Virus record (IMG/VR): IMGVR_UViG_3300017987_005501
Length of the DNA stretch: 64,000 bases
Strand: one strand, 5' to 3'
DNA from: a virus
Taxonomy: Duplodnaviria; Caudoviricetes
The translations under genes were made by a program, and so were the position numbers. Below the pieces are notes generated by a model, which had not been told where the DNA came from, searched no databases, and saw only the letters and a list, made by a program, of their open reading frames with translations. Below, one piece after another: positions 28,226 through 38,215 of the stretch. Every line of letters starts with the position of its first letter. Within the stretch, counting starts at the first letter, position 1.

Positions 28226-31200
28226 TAGCTATTTTCCCTAGGTGTTCTTGATTTATGTGGGGATTCTTGAAGTTTAATACCTCGCTGGTTCATTTCAGCG
28301 ATGCCCTCCCTAATCCCTCCTAATTCTTCAAGCATTTCATCCGATCTATCTAATGCTTGAGTAGTGTTGGCTGAGATCATGTCTAAAAGCTCCTCCTGTT
28401 CCCCGATTCCGGTCACGGGGTCTCCTGCAGCCTCTTCTGCGGATCTTAGCTGTTCATTCGTCATTTCTCCTAATCTTTCAGCATTTGCCTGAAGCGCAGC
28501 TACATTTGCTTGAAGAGCAGTTTCTGCCGCACCTTCCATTCCTTCCCGATCACTAATTGCAGTTACAACGGGGTCTAAATCCAATGTTGCCCTTTCCGCT
28601 TCTGCCCTTTGGGGCCCCCTTTCTGCCCTCCCCTCAACTTCTCCTCGTGTCGCCACCATTTGAGGTATTTGGGTTTCTTCCCTTTCGCCTGCTGGTGCAG
28701 CGCGCTCTTCCAAAGCGGGGGCTTCTGCCTTCCGCGCTTCTGCCCTTTGCCTTCTTACTTCTTCCCCAGCCTCTACGCCCGCCCTTTCTTCAACGATTTC
28801 CGGTATCGGAGGAGGTTCTGGCAATGCTTCACCGACCTCTGCCGACCTGCTTATTGCTTCAATAATTCCTTTCGGGTCCGAAGTTGCCTCAATTGTTTCC
28901 CTTAGTTGGTCTAATTGTTCAAACCGAGCTGCCTCTCCAACAACGATCGAATCTTTCAAGGCGTCAATATCTTCCCCAGTGTCTAGTTGAACTAAACTTT
29001 GTGTCTGTGCTGTTAGTTGATTAAGTAAGGCTTGTAACTTTTCGCTTTGGTCTTTTCCTGATTCGTCTTCCCTTAATGCAGTTTCTATTTCATCGAGAGT
29101 ACTTAATGCATCCGCAGGGGTGCTAATTTTATCTACCTCTCCGAAAATCTTTTCTTGGGTTGTGGAAAAATTATCTGCTAATTTATCAAAATTCTTTTCT
29201 TCGTTATCTGAGGTTCTTCTTAGTAAACCTCCAACTTCCCCCGCAATAGCCATTGATACGTATTGCTGAGCTTGTCTTTTCGCTTCTGCCTCTGATGCCC
29301 CAGCTTGAAGGAAAGCTTCAGTAAGTTCCCCAGCAAGACTTTCTTCTATGGCTTTTCTATTTTCCCCACCTGTCTCAACAACATCCTCCCTAAGTCTTGT
29401 TAATCCATTAGCAAGTTTTGCCGACATTCTTCTCATAGTCGCATGGGTAGCCTCATCAATTTTTCCTTGTTCTTTTAATAGGTCAACCGACTCCTTTAAG
29501 GAACTTAAGTCCAAGTCAGCTCCTGATTCTATACTTTCAAAAACATTTCCTAGAGCCTCTTCGAAAACATCTTTTGTAATATCTGCTCGGGTAGGGCCAT
29601 CTCCGGTATCCTCCAGACGAATGCTTGCTTTTTGAAGGCCACTTTCGACATTAGAAACAACTTTTAATAAGGCACTTTTAGTATTTTCAGGAATAGATTC
29701 AAGGGCACCAATAGAAGCTCTCAGTGCCACCCTAACTTCCTCGGGGGCATTTTTAATAAACTTTCCTAAAGAATTTAACACTTTTTGTTGCTCAACGGCA
29801 ACAGAAGTCCCATTTCTTTCTGATCTTTCTTGCGCACTTTCTAAAGCGGATAGGACATCACTAATCTTTGTTGCCCCCTCTATTAAACTTTCCTGCATAT
29901 TTCTACCAGCATATTTTAGTACATCAGACGCTTTTTCTAGGTCTTCTCCTCCGAATGCTGCGGATATATTTTCGAAATAAGTCCCAAAAGCACTTAGTAA
30001 GTCTGCGCGCATTGTATCCGTCGAATCTCTTAACTTTTTAAAATAACCTCCCATATCCCCAAGCGATTCCAATTTTCCTGAAATTTCTCCGAAGATTTCT
30101 TCTGTTGCCTCTATTTTTCTAAGCCTGCCTTGCTCTGTCGTTAAAACGGCGTCTGAAACGTTATTCATAGAATTTAATAAATCCTGCATTCCCTCAACTG
30201 TTTCTCTATTTCCAGCCCCGGATCTAATAGCAGAAGCAACGTCCCTCAATCCTTTTAATTGTTCCTGTTCTACCCCTTCCCCGGGTGTTTTAGCCTTTAA
30301 GCTATCCAAAGAAGTTTGCATATCTTTGAGATACTCTCCAAGGGATTCTTCTGCACCGGGGATTTCCTTAATTTCATCCCTAAACAGATTTAAGGCGGCC
30401 TCAACTGCATTAATGCTTCCACTCGATTCTGAAACTTCCCTTATAAGGCTTCTTGCACTGTTTTCTACCAAAGGCCCGAGATCTTGTCTTTCAATTGCAG
30501 AACGAAGATTAATTAGATTTTCTCCAAGTGCTTGTTCTGTTGAATCTAATTGTTTAACAATTCTTCTAGCTTGCCGGTCACTAGAGGATCGGAAATCCCT
30601 TCCCAAGCCCCCACTTTCTCCAAGGTCGATGGGGCCCGCAAGATCTATTTCTTGGGGAGCAGCAGGGCCTCGTGTTTTAGCAGGTCTTTTCGCGGTTGTG
30701 GTGGTAGGGCTTTCAAAATCTGAAAATATTTTTCTTAAACTTTCAATTTGCTGAGATAAGGAATTTCCAGTTTCAGAAAAGGAAGCAGCATGGTCTTCTA
30801 TCATCCTTGTTAAGTTACCCACTCCCGATTCCAGAGAGGATAGGTCCGGGGCGACCCCGCTACCCCTTGCCACCCCGCCGCCGGTTGGCTCTGGTAATGC
30901 CTTCGCTGCTTCTGATACAACTGCCGATAATTGCGAAGAGAAAGCATCTACTGATTTCCCAAGGGAAGATTCTAGTTTTTTAACAATATCTGTCCCCAAA
31001 GAAACATTTGCTAATGACGCATTTAATCCTTGCATTTGGGTATTTATGTCCCCTATATATTTAGCGGTACTTGAGAACTCTTTATTAATCGCAGAAATTT
31101 GGGAAGAAGTATTTTTTGCTTCGTCCTGTAAGCCATTAAGACCTTTTTGCATTTCAGAAAATAGCTTTGTAGTATCCCCAATCATACTAGCAGAAGTATT

Positions 31201-31251
31201 TACCGCTTTTGTAACCTCCGTAACTTTTTTGGATATGCTTTCTTCAGCCAT
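28225..31251 (-). CDS. Tape measure protein (1008 aa)
   Basis: Long helical Ala/Glu/Ser/Leu-rich ORF between chaperones and tube initiators (canonical position). Confidence 0.7.
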   Translation of the reverse strand: MAEESISKKVTEVTKAVNTSASMIGDTTKLFSEMQKGLNGLQDEAKNTSSQISAINKEFSSTAKYIGDINTQMQGLNASLANVSLGTDIVKKLESSLGKSVDAFSSQLSAVVSEAAKALPEPTGGGVARGSGVAPDLSSLESGVGNLTRMIEDHAASFSETGNSLSQQIESLRKIFSDFESPTTTTAKRPAKTRGPAAPQEIDLAGPIDLGESGGLGRDFRSSSDRQARRIVKQLDSTEQALGENLINLRSAIERQDLGPLVENSARSLIREVSESSGSINAVEAALNLFRDEIKEIPGAEESLGEYLKDMQTSLDSLKAKTPGEGVEQEQLKGLRDVASAIRSGAGNRETVEGMQDLLNSMNNVSDAVLTTEQGRLRKIEATEEIFGEISGKLESLGDMGGYFKKLRDSTDTMRADLLSAFGTYFENISAAFGGEDLEKASDVLKYAGRNMQESLIEGATKISDVLSALESAQERSERNGTSVAVEQQKVLNSLGKFIKNAPEEVRVALRASIGALESIPENTKSALLKVVSNVESGLQKASIRLEDTGDGPTRADITKDVFEEALGNVFESIESGADLDLSSLKESVDLLKEQGKIDEATHATMRRMSAKLANGLTRLREDVVETGGENRKAIEESLAGELTEAFLQAGASEAEAKRQAQQYVSMAIAGEVGGLLRRTSDNEEKNFDKLADNFSTTQEKIFGEVDKISTPADALSTLDEIETALREDESGKDQSEKLQALLNQLTAQTQSLVQLDTGEDIDALKDSIVVGEAARFEQLDQLRETIEATSDPKGIIEAISRSAEVGEALPEPPPIPEIVEERAGVEAGEEVRRQRAEARKAEAPALEERAAPAGEREETQIPQMVATRGEVEGRAERGPQRAEAERATLDLDPVVTAISDREGMEGAAETALQANVAALQANAERLGEMTNEQLRSAEEAAGDPVTGIGEQEELLDMISANTTQALDRSDEMLEELGGIREGIAEMNQRGIKLQESPHKSRTPRENS

Positions 31252-31261
31252 AGTTTATTTC

Positions 31262-32497
31262 CTATCTTTTCCGCCGCATTTTATTGATAAATACTTCGGG
31301 GTTCATGGGAGGAGGGGTCTCATCTTCTTTATTAGGATTAAACTTCTCAGCTATATGGTCAATTATTCCCTCGTTCTCAAAAGATTCCATGTCCTCCGAC
31401 GTAAGCTGTTGAGACATATAGTGAGCTTGGCCTCCTTCAGAAGTTTTAATCTTCTCTTGGTGTTTTAATTCCTCTGTTCTTTGTCTTGCAATTTCTTCAG
31501 ATAATTCTTGTTCAAATAGTCTTTTATGTTTGAATTGATCTCGGACAGCTTCGGGGTCATAATCGACCAGGAGATTCTTCCCTCCTTTAGTTTTGGTGTA
31601 ACTTTGTAACTTTTCTTCAATCATTTTTTGTTCCTTAACCTTTTCATATTTGCCCTTCTTTAGGTACCTTTCAATAATTTCATCATGCCTATCCTTAACT
31701 CCGGACATTTGCTTTTCTAATTCGTCAACTAGGTCTTCCTTGGATTGGACCTTAAAACGTGGTTTATAGTCCTTTCCATATATAATGCTTTCTCTATATG
31801 CTTTTTCTTCTTTCTTTCTGTTTTCATCGGCTTGATTTAGCTTTTTAATTCCCTTAGGATTAATAGCCGCAGCAATCATTTTTGCAGATGCCCACATCTT
31901 ATCAAAATCATTCTTTTCATCCTCAACCCTATTATAATAGGACCAAAGTAATTGACAAATATTATAACCAAGATTTACGGTTCCAGGAATTCCCGAAACT
32001 GCAACCGCGGTTAAAGGTGTTCCCTTTGTTGACATCCATAGCCATCTAGAATCTGGCTCAAAAGAATAGCGTTCAACCAATTTAATGCTTTCATTAGCTC
32101 TTTGCCCCAACTTAAAAAGCTCAGTTAAAATCATATTATAGACTCTCGGATGAAAGGTCTTTATTAAATTACGAGCTTCTGTCATAAAAGCTTGTCTATT
32201 GGTTAAGACATTAACATCCCCAATCATATAGATAGAATGTAGAAAATAATAAGTATTCAAGTTTTCTAAATATTGTGGGTTTTCCTCGTTTCCAGATAAA
32301 GCTTTAATCTTATATAGCTCATTATCATTTAGTGTTTTGAAAATAAGAGGAATATCTCTATAATAAGATTGAAGTTGAACAAAACTTTTGAAGATCATTT
32401 GCTTTGTATCAGCAAAATTAACAATACCAGGAGGAGCCTCCAAACTATTTTGAAGATTTTCAACCTCAAACTCTTGTTTTGTCGTAATCTTTTCCAT
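31262..32497 (-). CDS. Tail assembly chaperone-like protein 2
   Basis: IPLIFKTLNDNEL...FLHSIYMIG...NICQLLWSYYN; between tube genes and tape measure; N-domain loosely resembles 32497..33660. Confidence 0.55.
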   Translation of the reverse strand: MEKITTKQEFEVENLQNSLEAPPGIVNFADTKQMIFKSFVQLQSYYRDIPLIFKTLNDNELYKIKALSGNEENPQYLENLNTYYFLHSIYMIGDVNVLTNRQAFMTEARNLIKTFHPRVYNMILTELFKLGQRANESIKLVERYSFEPDSRWLWMSTKGTPLTAVAVSGIPGTVNLGYNICQLLWSYYNRVEDEKNDFDKMWASAKMIAAAINPKGIKKLNQADENRKKEEKAYRESIIYGKDYKPRFKVQSKEDLVDELEKQMSGVKDRHDEIIERYLKKGKYEKVKEQKMIEEKLQSYTKTKGGKNLLVDYDPEAVRDQFKHKRLFEQELSEEIARQRTEELKHQEKIKTSEGGQAHYMSQQLTSEDMESFENEGIIDHIAEKFNPNKEDETPPPMNPEVFINKMRRKR

Positions 32498-33660
32498 TAT
32501 TTCTTTTTCTTCCCTTTAACACCAGGCGGTAACTCGCCTTCCCTTAAAAATTGGGAATCAGAAGTTAATTGGATTCTGTCATCATCGAATTGGGAATCTC
32601 TTTTAACATTTTCCCTTTCTTGTTGGGCCTTTATCTGTTTTATTAACTCAGCTTTAGATGCTGGTTTTTCATTTTGACGCTTAAAAGCTGGTTTAGGAGT
32701 CGGTTTTTTAGGGGTATTTTTTTGAAAAGCGTTAGCCGCCTTTTTAGCATCTTCCGGTGCCGCTATTTCTTTTTTTTCTTCTGATTTTTCCGGATAGTTT
32801 TCTTCTTCTATTTGGGTTACTTCCGATAAGTCCTGTATTTTTGATTGACGAACGTCACCGCCCCCCGGAATTAAGGATTTTAATTGCTTTACTACTTCCT
32901 CGTCGGATAAACCTGAGAAGTCTAACCCCTCAGATGTTTCCTCCGGCAAATCTTCCTGCTCAGGAGAGGGTTCGTCAACAGTAATTACCCCTGGTGGGTG
33001 CTCTTGTTTTTTCTCCCTATCAAAGAAATCTTGTATTATTCGCCCCTCCGCAGTAAGATTTCCTTTATCATCGTACATGGGGATTTCTTCTTCCGATTCG
33101 GGCATAGAGAAGCTTCCGTCTGCCACAGGAGGCCCCGCGGCAGGTTCTCCTTCCTTAACCTTTTCAAGTTTTGGTTTTTGATTTTCTAGGTCTTCGTAAT
33201 CTGGGATTTCTTGCTTGGGTGGCTCTGCAAACTCAATTGTTTCCTCGATATTTTCATTAAAGCTTTCTTCAAACTTTACATAGGAATCAAACAGCCTATC
33301 TCTAATCTTAACATTCCAGCTATTAATTACCTCCCTCCAAAAAACATTCTTTTGTTTTTTGATTTCATTCCCACTTTCGTCGTATTCCCCAGTAGGAAAA
33401 AGTTGGATGGACCCAAACCTTTCTCCTCCAAGGGCCTTAATTGCGTAGGATAATACTTCGATTTGATAATTAAGGATATAAGCGAGGCGATTTTTGAATT
33501 GGGAGCAATATTCATGCACTTTTGTTTGTTCCTCGGCTGTTAATAACCCAAGGACAATTTCTTTCTTAAAGACGTTTATTTTGGTTTCACCATAACTTGC
33601 GTCTTTAATCTCTTGCAATACCCCTAATAAGGATTGCAAGTTGTAACGAAATTCAGACAT
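32497..33660 (-). CDS. Tail assembly chaperone-like protein 1 with acidic low-complexity tail
   Basis: IVLGLLTAEEQ...YQIEVLSYAIKALGG N-domain; first gene after the tube cluster. Confidence 0.6.
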   Translation of the reverse strand: MSEFRYNLQSLLGVLQEIKDASYGETKINVFKKEIVLGLLTAEEQTKVHEYCSQFKNRLAYILNYQIEVLSYAIKALGGERFGSIQLFPTGEYDESGNEIKKQKNVFWREVINSWNVKIRDRLFDSYVKFEESFNENIEETIEFAEPPKQEIPDYEDLENQKPKLEKVKEGEPAAGPPVADGSFSMPESEEEIPMYDDKGNLTAEGRIIQDFFDREKKQEHPPGVITVDEPSPEQEDLPEETSEGLDFSGLSDEEVVKQLKSLIPGGGDVRQSKIQDLSEVTQIEEENYPEKSEEKKEIAAPEDAKKAANAFQKNTPKKPTPKPAFKRQNEKPASKAELIKQIKAQQERENVKRDSQFDDDRIQLTSDSQFLREGELPPGVKGKKKK

Positions 33661-33872
33661 ATTTACATCTCCTATAAATTTTTATATATATTGAGTGCTT
33701 CCTCTATTAATATAAAAGGAATAACAGACTATTCTGTAGAAAAATCTTGCGTTTTTAGGATGAGAATTAAAGGTGTGAATGTACATTTACATTTACAACC
33801 GTAGTAATAACGGTCTCAATGTTACAATTTATTTATTTTTATCTATATCTAAATATATACTTATCTTTTATC

Positions 33873-34580
33873 TTACGTGGGCTTTACTCTATAAGCCTTA
33901 TCTTCGTTAGAGTCATCAGTAAAGTAAGCTTCTAAATCTGGTGTTTGTGATGCTGTAACATCGCTTACGGTTATACCAACATCTTCCGCAACGACTGCTT
34001 GTTGGCTATTGAATTGAACGCTAAAACTATTCATCCAGCACCCCTCATAGTAAGTTATCATCATTCTACCTGGGGTTTCTGTAGCATCGTCCGGGATACC
34101 GGGCTGGCCACTTGCCTCTGAATCTTTTTCTTCCCTGGTTCCGCTTGCTTGGGTCTCAATCTCTGGAGCTTTATTAATTTGGCTAAAAATTAATTCTTGA
34201 CGAATATCAAAAGGCCATTTATGGTGGCGTAAACTTCGAACGATTCCCTCTATCCCAGACTTATAGCCAAAGACTTGAAAAATATTAGATAACCAAAGAG
34301 CAATTCTATTGGCAGAAATGGTAGTTGGTTGGGTAACCCCCGGAACAACCTCCGCTATTCTATCCCCAAAGCCAATTCCAAAAACTGGCTCAATATTTCG
34401 AGATTCGTTTACGCCGAAAGAATTTAAAACTCCAATTTGCTGCAAGGACCCAGCAGCGTCAGCTGTTCCTTTTTGTTCTTCCGTAGCAGCAAATCCAAAG
34501 AGCCTGACTTTTTGAGATACAACTGCTCGAGTATTCACTTCTGGACCGTGAAAGTGGGTGTATCCGGAATCATTTACCAT
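33873..34580 (-). CDS. Tail tube protein paralog 3
   Basis: VNTRAVVSQKVRLF, IGVLNSFGVNESR, WPFDIRQE, ITYYEGCWMNSF..Q.NS...VVAEDV: contractile tube fold. Confidence 0.8.
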   Translation of the reverse strand: MVNDSGYTHFHGPEVNTRAVVSQKVRLFGFAATEEQKGTADAAGSLQQIGVLNSFGVNESRNIEPVFGIGFGDRIAEVVPGVTQPTTISANRIALWLSNIFQVFGYKSGIEGIVRSLRHHKWPFDIRQELIFSQINKAPEIETQASGTREEKDSEASGQPGIPDDATETPGRMMITYYEGCWMNSFSVQFNSQQAVVAEDVGITVSDVTASQTPDLEAYFTDDSNEDKAYRVKPT

Positions 34581-34603
34581 TTGAAAATCCTCATATAGTT
34601 TAT

Positions 34604-34634
34604 CCTAGGTGGGGGCAAAAAGCCCCCACCTAGG
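34604..34634. terminator. Perfect 13-bp GC-rich hairpin between tube paralogs 2 and 3
   Basis: CCTAGGTGGGGGC-AAAAA-GCCCCCACCTAGG; no clear U-tract on the minus strand. Confidence 0.65.
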
Positions 34635-34658
34635 TTAATTTCTAATATAAATATTAGA

Positions 34659-35348
34659 CTAAGGGTTAACCCTGAAAGCCTTGTCTTGTAATGAATCATC
34701 AGCAAAGTATTGCTCGGGATCACTATCAAGAGGCCCAGCTGTTACGTCTGATACCTGAATACCTACGTTTTCGGATACGATTGCGGTATCGGCACTAAAT
34801 GAAGTCCCATAGCTATTCATCCAGCAACCTTCATAGAAGGTTACTAAAGCTTTTGTATTCGCGTTGGGGCCAGCATCTGAATTAACTCCACCAATTTGAA
34901 CTTGCGTCTTATTGCCAGTAACGCCGACTGGATTCAAAACGCTTGGGGTTTTTGCAATCTCACTAAAGATCATCTCTTGGCGAATATCAAAAGGCCATCT
35001 GTGATGACGTAAACTTCTGATAATCCCATCCACGCCAGACTTATATCCAAAAACTTGGAAAACATTGATAAGCCATAGTGCGACACGATCAACAGAAATC
35101 GACATTGCGTCTGTTACCCCAGGAACTAGCTCCGCGACGCGGTCGCCGAATCCAATTCCTCGCGCTGTTTCTACATTTCTTGATTCTGAAGGCGAAAATG
35201 AAGTCAAAACTCCAATTTGGTTAATTGGGTTATTAGGGTCGGAACCTCCAGCAGGGACGAAACTAAAAAGACGTACCTTTTGGGAGACGGCGACTCTTGT
35301 GTTGACTTCAACTCCCCTCGTATGTATATAACTTCCGAGTTCTACCAT
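34659..35348 (-). CDS. Tail tube protein paralog 2 (candidate major tube)
   Basis: Same motifs (SQKVRLF, ESRNVE..RGIGFGD, WPFDIRQE, TFYEGCWMNSY); GGAGG RBS; followed by the strong hairpin. Confidence 0.8.
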   Translation of the reverse strand: MVELGSYIHTRGVEVNTRVAVSQKVRLFSFVPAGGSDPNNPINQIGVLTSFSPSESRNVETARGIGFGDRVAELVPGVTDAMSISVDRVALWLINVFQVFGYKSGVDGIIRSLRHHRWPFDIRQEMIFSEIAKTPSVLNPVGVTGNKTQVQIGGVNSDAGPNANTKALVTFYEGCWMNSYGTSFSADTAIVSENVGIQVSDVTAGPLDSDPEQYFADDSLQDKAFRVNP

Positions 35349-35373
35349 GAGTTGTTATCCTCCTAAACTCTTC

Positions 35374-36078
35374 TTAAAATTCTTGCCTTACCCTTAAAGC
35401 TTTTGTTCTATTTGAAGATAAATAATCATCATTATCAAAGTCGCCGATTAAGGATGGACCAGCAACTACATCAGAACATATAATCCCACAGTTTTCTGCA
35501 ACAACCGCTTGAGTTGATTGAAATGCCATTGAATAACTGCGCATCCAACAACCTTCGTAATAGGTTACTAAAATCTTTCCATCTTCTATAACTGGGGTTA
35601 TGGTATTTAACGCTTCTGTTGCATCACTACCAACAATCCCAGCATTTGATTGCCCTCCAGCATTTTTAACTTTTGCTAAAGTTGGGCCTTTATCAATCGC
35701 ACTAAAAACTAGCTCTTGGCGAATATCAAAGGGCCACCTATGGTGTTTTAAGGATCTAACTAAACCATCCACACCAGATTTATAACCAAAAACCTGGAAA
35801 ATGTTTGATAACCAAAGGGCAACTCTATTAGCTTCTATCGAGGCAGCACTTGTTACACCAGGGATTAGTTCCATAATTCGATCACCCGATCCAACCCCGC
35901 GCAACTCTTCTACTGCTCTTGATTCGGAAATACTAAATTGGGCTAAAGCTCCAATTTGTTCCATCTTATTATCAGCAGTAAATGAACTATATCCAAAAAT
36001 TCTAACTTTTTGAGATACTACGGCTCGAGTATTTACTTCGACACCATGGTTATAATAATAAGACGCATTAACTACCAT
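35374..36078 (-). CDS. Tail tube protein paralog 1
   Basis: Same motifs (SQKVRIF, ESRAVE, WPFDIRQE, TYYEGCWMRSY). Confidence 0.8.
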   Translation of the reverse strand: MVVNASYYYNHGVEVNTRAVVSQKVRIFGYSSFTADNKMEQIGALAQFSISESRAVEELRGVGSGDRIMELIPGVTSAASIEANRVALWLSNIFQVFGYKSGVDGLVRSLKHHRWPFDIRQELVFSAIDKGPTLAKVKNAGGQSNAGIVGSDATEALNTITPVIEDGKILVTYYEGCWMRSYSMAFQSTQAVVAENCGIICSDVVAGPSLIGDFDNDDYLSSNRTKALRVRQEF

Positions 36079-36551
36079 TATAGGTATTTTCCAGCAATTT
36101 TATCTATATCTAAATGTGATAGTTTTTTCTTAGTTTGATCTAAGAATAAAACGGGCAACCCAAGTTGGTTGCAAATCATTTCAAGCTCTGTTCTTCTTGC
36201 TTCGGGTAAAGTTGCAAGATGCATTAAAACGATTTTTTTATGTTTTTTAGACCGGAATACTTTATATCTAAAATCTAGCTGTAATTCAGAAATCCTACGT
36301 AAATTTTCGTTAATTTCTTCAAAGCTAGCTAACTTTTTCCCCCCAACCAAAACTAAAATAACTGCTTTTAGATCCTTTGGTAATCTATCCGGTGCTTTAT
36401 CCGCAGTAGCACTATACCCATCTGGAAGATGTCTAACACCATCATCAGGATTCTTTCGAGACCCTCCGGATCCAGTATCATTCGGATTTTGCCGCGTATA
36501 TTCGGCAGAATCGTTTGTTGGGTATATAGCTACTTTTCGTCTTTTGGACAC
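36078..36551 (-). CDS. Hypothetical protein
   Basis: 157-aa ORF coupled (TAATG) to tube paralog 1. Confidence 0.65.
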   Translation of the reverse strand: MSKRRKVAIYPTNDSAEYTRQNPNDTGSGGSRKNPDDGVRHLPDGYSATADKAPDRLPKDLKAVILVLVGGKKLASFEEINENLRRISELQLDFRYKVFRSKKHKKIVLMHLATLPEARRTELEMICNQLGLPVLFLDQTKKKLSHLDIDKIAGKYL

Positions 36552-36557
36552 GGCTTT

Positions 36558-37217
36558 TTATAGTCCTCTCTCTTTGAGCCAAGCAGCGATTTTCATAAGA
36601 TTCTCGGCTTCATCAAGAAGAGCTTTACTACGGGAAGCAGCATCCTTTAGCATACTAGCATTCTTGGTTTTATTCCATACACCAAGATCATAATAAGTTT
36701 GGTTATCACTTTGATCCCCATAGGTTTCTTTTGCTTCTCTAACCGCTTGTTCATAAGACATTGTCATGTCGTCCAGTTCTTTTTGACTCATACGGTTTTG
36801 TTCCTCAGCAGAAACCCCATGCATATAATCATGGGGCTTACCTTCGCTAGCATTTTTAACAGCTTCGCGTTGCTCTCTACGATTATGTGCGTTCTGTTCC
36901 TCAGCGGAAATCCCATGCATATAATCATGCATATCTTCTTCATCTGGCCAGCCAGCACTCTTATCACTAGCTTCCTCACTAACTTCTTCGCTAGCTGTTT
37001 TTTCACCAGTATCTTTTAGACCACTTGTTGACCAAGGCTCTTCCGCTTCAGAAACATCCTTGAGTTCATCATAAAATTCTTTGCGTTGCTCTTCTTGGGG
37101 AACCCCATGCATATAATCCTGAGGCTTATCTGCTTGTTTCTTAAAGACAGCGTCGAGCTCTTTTGCAATATCAGCAATGTCGTTTGCGATCTTAATGAAT
37201 TCAGATTCAGATGACAT
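36558..37217 (-). CDS. Acidic protein with three DYMHG..EEQ repeats and many K-x-A motifs
   Basis: GGAG RBS; motif copy upstream; repeats visible in protein and DNA. Confidence 0.75.
   Translation of the reverse strand: MSSESEFIKIANDIADIAKELDAVFKKQADKPQDYMHGVPQEEQRKEFYDELKDVSEAEEPWSTSGLKDTGEKTASEEVSEEASDKSAGWPDEEDMHDYMHGISAEEQNAHNRREQREAVKNASEGKPHDYMHGVSAEEQNRMSQKELDDMTMSYEQAVREAKETYGDQSDNQTYYDLGVWNKTKNASMLKDAASRSKALLDEAENLMKIAAWLKERGL
36795..37127 (-). repeat. Three intragenic repeats KP[QH]DYMHG[VI][PS][QA]EEQ
   Basis: DNA core cccatgcatataatc at about 36817, 36912 and 37104. Confidence 0.85.
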
Positions 37218-37275
37218 TTCTTATTCTCCTTTATTTTTAAATAGAAAATTTGTAATTACATTCTAATCAGAAAAT

Positions 37276-37288
37276 TAATGGATTATTA
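37276..37288 (-). promoter_or_regulatory. Conserved intergenic motif copy (TAATAATCCATTA)
   Basis: Plus strand taatggattatta, immediately after a terminator, 59 nt above the ATG at 37217. Confidence 0.7.
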
Positions 37289-37292
37289 ATGC

Positions 37293-37328
37293 AAAAAGGC
37301 ACTTCTTATCATTAAGAAATGCCTTTTT
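37293..37328 (-). terminator. Intrinsic terminator after the metallophosphoesterase
   Basis: AAAAAGGCACTTCTTA-TCAT-TAAGAAATGCCTTTTT; one mismatch on the minus strand; A/T tracts on both sides. Confidence 0.75.
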
Positions 37329-37357
37329 ACCTATTAGAAATAAATATTAAAAGTTTA

Positions 37358-38209
37358 TTAGGGGATCCAAACTTTAATTTTCTTCGTTTCCCCACTAAAT
37401 TCAACTAAGGGGCAGCCCTTCTTTGATGGGGGATAACCTTTCATATGAGCATAGGATCCCCAATGACTCAAAAACGTTCCAGAATTAATAAAATGCCGTT
37501 CTTTTTTAATGACTGCTTTATTTCTTCTATCGATAGCATAGGATTCCAAGGGAATATGCCCTAAGCCGTGGGTATGCCCCATGACGTAGAGATCTGCATC
37601 AGCTAAATTTTGTAAATTAATAATTGAATTTAGCTTGCTTACAGGCTTAATCGCCCCAGATCCCCCGTGCATTGTATAAATAGTATAATTTTGGGATCCA
37701 ATTTGTAGATAGTGGAAAATTCCATGTCCAAAATATCTAACAGGGGTCGGTGAGGCATAATTCCATTGTTTCACCATATTTTTAACCAAATTCATTCCAG
37801 AATGCTTAAATACCCGCCATTCGTGATTCCCCATATGTACCCCTAAGAGTTTTCCTGCTTTAGCCAGAGGCATATGGAGTTCAACGTAAGCATCAAGTTG
37901 TTCTTCCACGATTTGATCTTGTTCAAAAATTCCGGCACCGACACTATCCTTAGTTGCCGTTTCAAGGGCATCCCCCATTAGAACTAGATAGGTGTTATCC
38001 CTTTCTAGAATTTGGTTAATTGCCTTTTTGTGTAATTCTAAATCGTGGTATTTGCTTCCTAAATGCTCATCTCCCTTAAAACAGATAAAGCATTTTCCTT
38101 CTGAATTTAGGGTAAGATCCTTATAAACACTAATTGTTGGTACCTTATCATCAACTTGAGTAGCCGATAACAGATCCAATGCTTGGTCTTTTTCTTCGGG
38201 CGGTATCAT
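37358..38209 (-). CDS. Calcineurin-like metallophosphoesterase
   Basis: All five motifs present: GDEHLG, MGDALE, MGNHEWR, MHG, MGHTH. Confidence 0.9.
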   Translation of the reverse strand: MIPPEEKDQALDLLSATQVDDKVPTISVYKDLTLNSEGKCFICFKGDEHLGSKYHDLELHKKAINQILERDNTYLVLMGDALETATKDSVGAGIFEQDQIVEEQLDAYVELHMPLAKAGKLLGVHMGNHEWRVFKHSGMNLVKNMVKQWNYASPTPVRYFGHGIFHYLQIGSQNYTIYTMHGGSGAIKPVSKLNSIINLQNLADADLYVMGHTHGLGHIPLESYAIDRRNKAVIKKERHFINSGTFLSHWGSYAHMKGYPPSKKGCPLVEFSGETKKIKVWIP

Positions 38210-38215
38210 TAAAAG

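Noticed and set aside
32480-32520. Programmed -1 frameshift between the two chaperone genes
   Set aside because: The junction is a plain TAATG stop/start overlap; the A-rich end (GGG AAG AAA AAG AAA) lacks a canonical X XXY YYZ heptamer that I could support.
33661-33872. 212-bp AT-rich gap as an ncRNA or origin
   Set aside because: Only a 5-bp hairpin (ACCGT/ACGGT) and a weak motif copy at 33722; nothing structured enough to call.
1-36078. Stand-alone contractile injection system (eCIS/tailocin)
   Set aside because: TerL and portal lie in the same co-oriented block, indicating a DNA-packaging virus.
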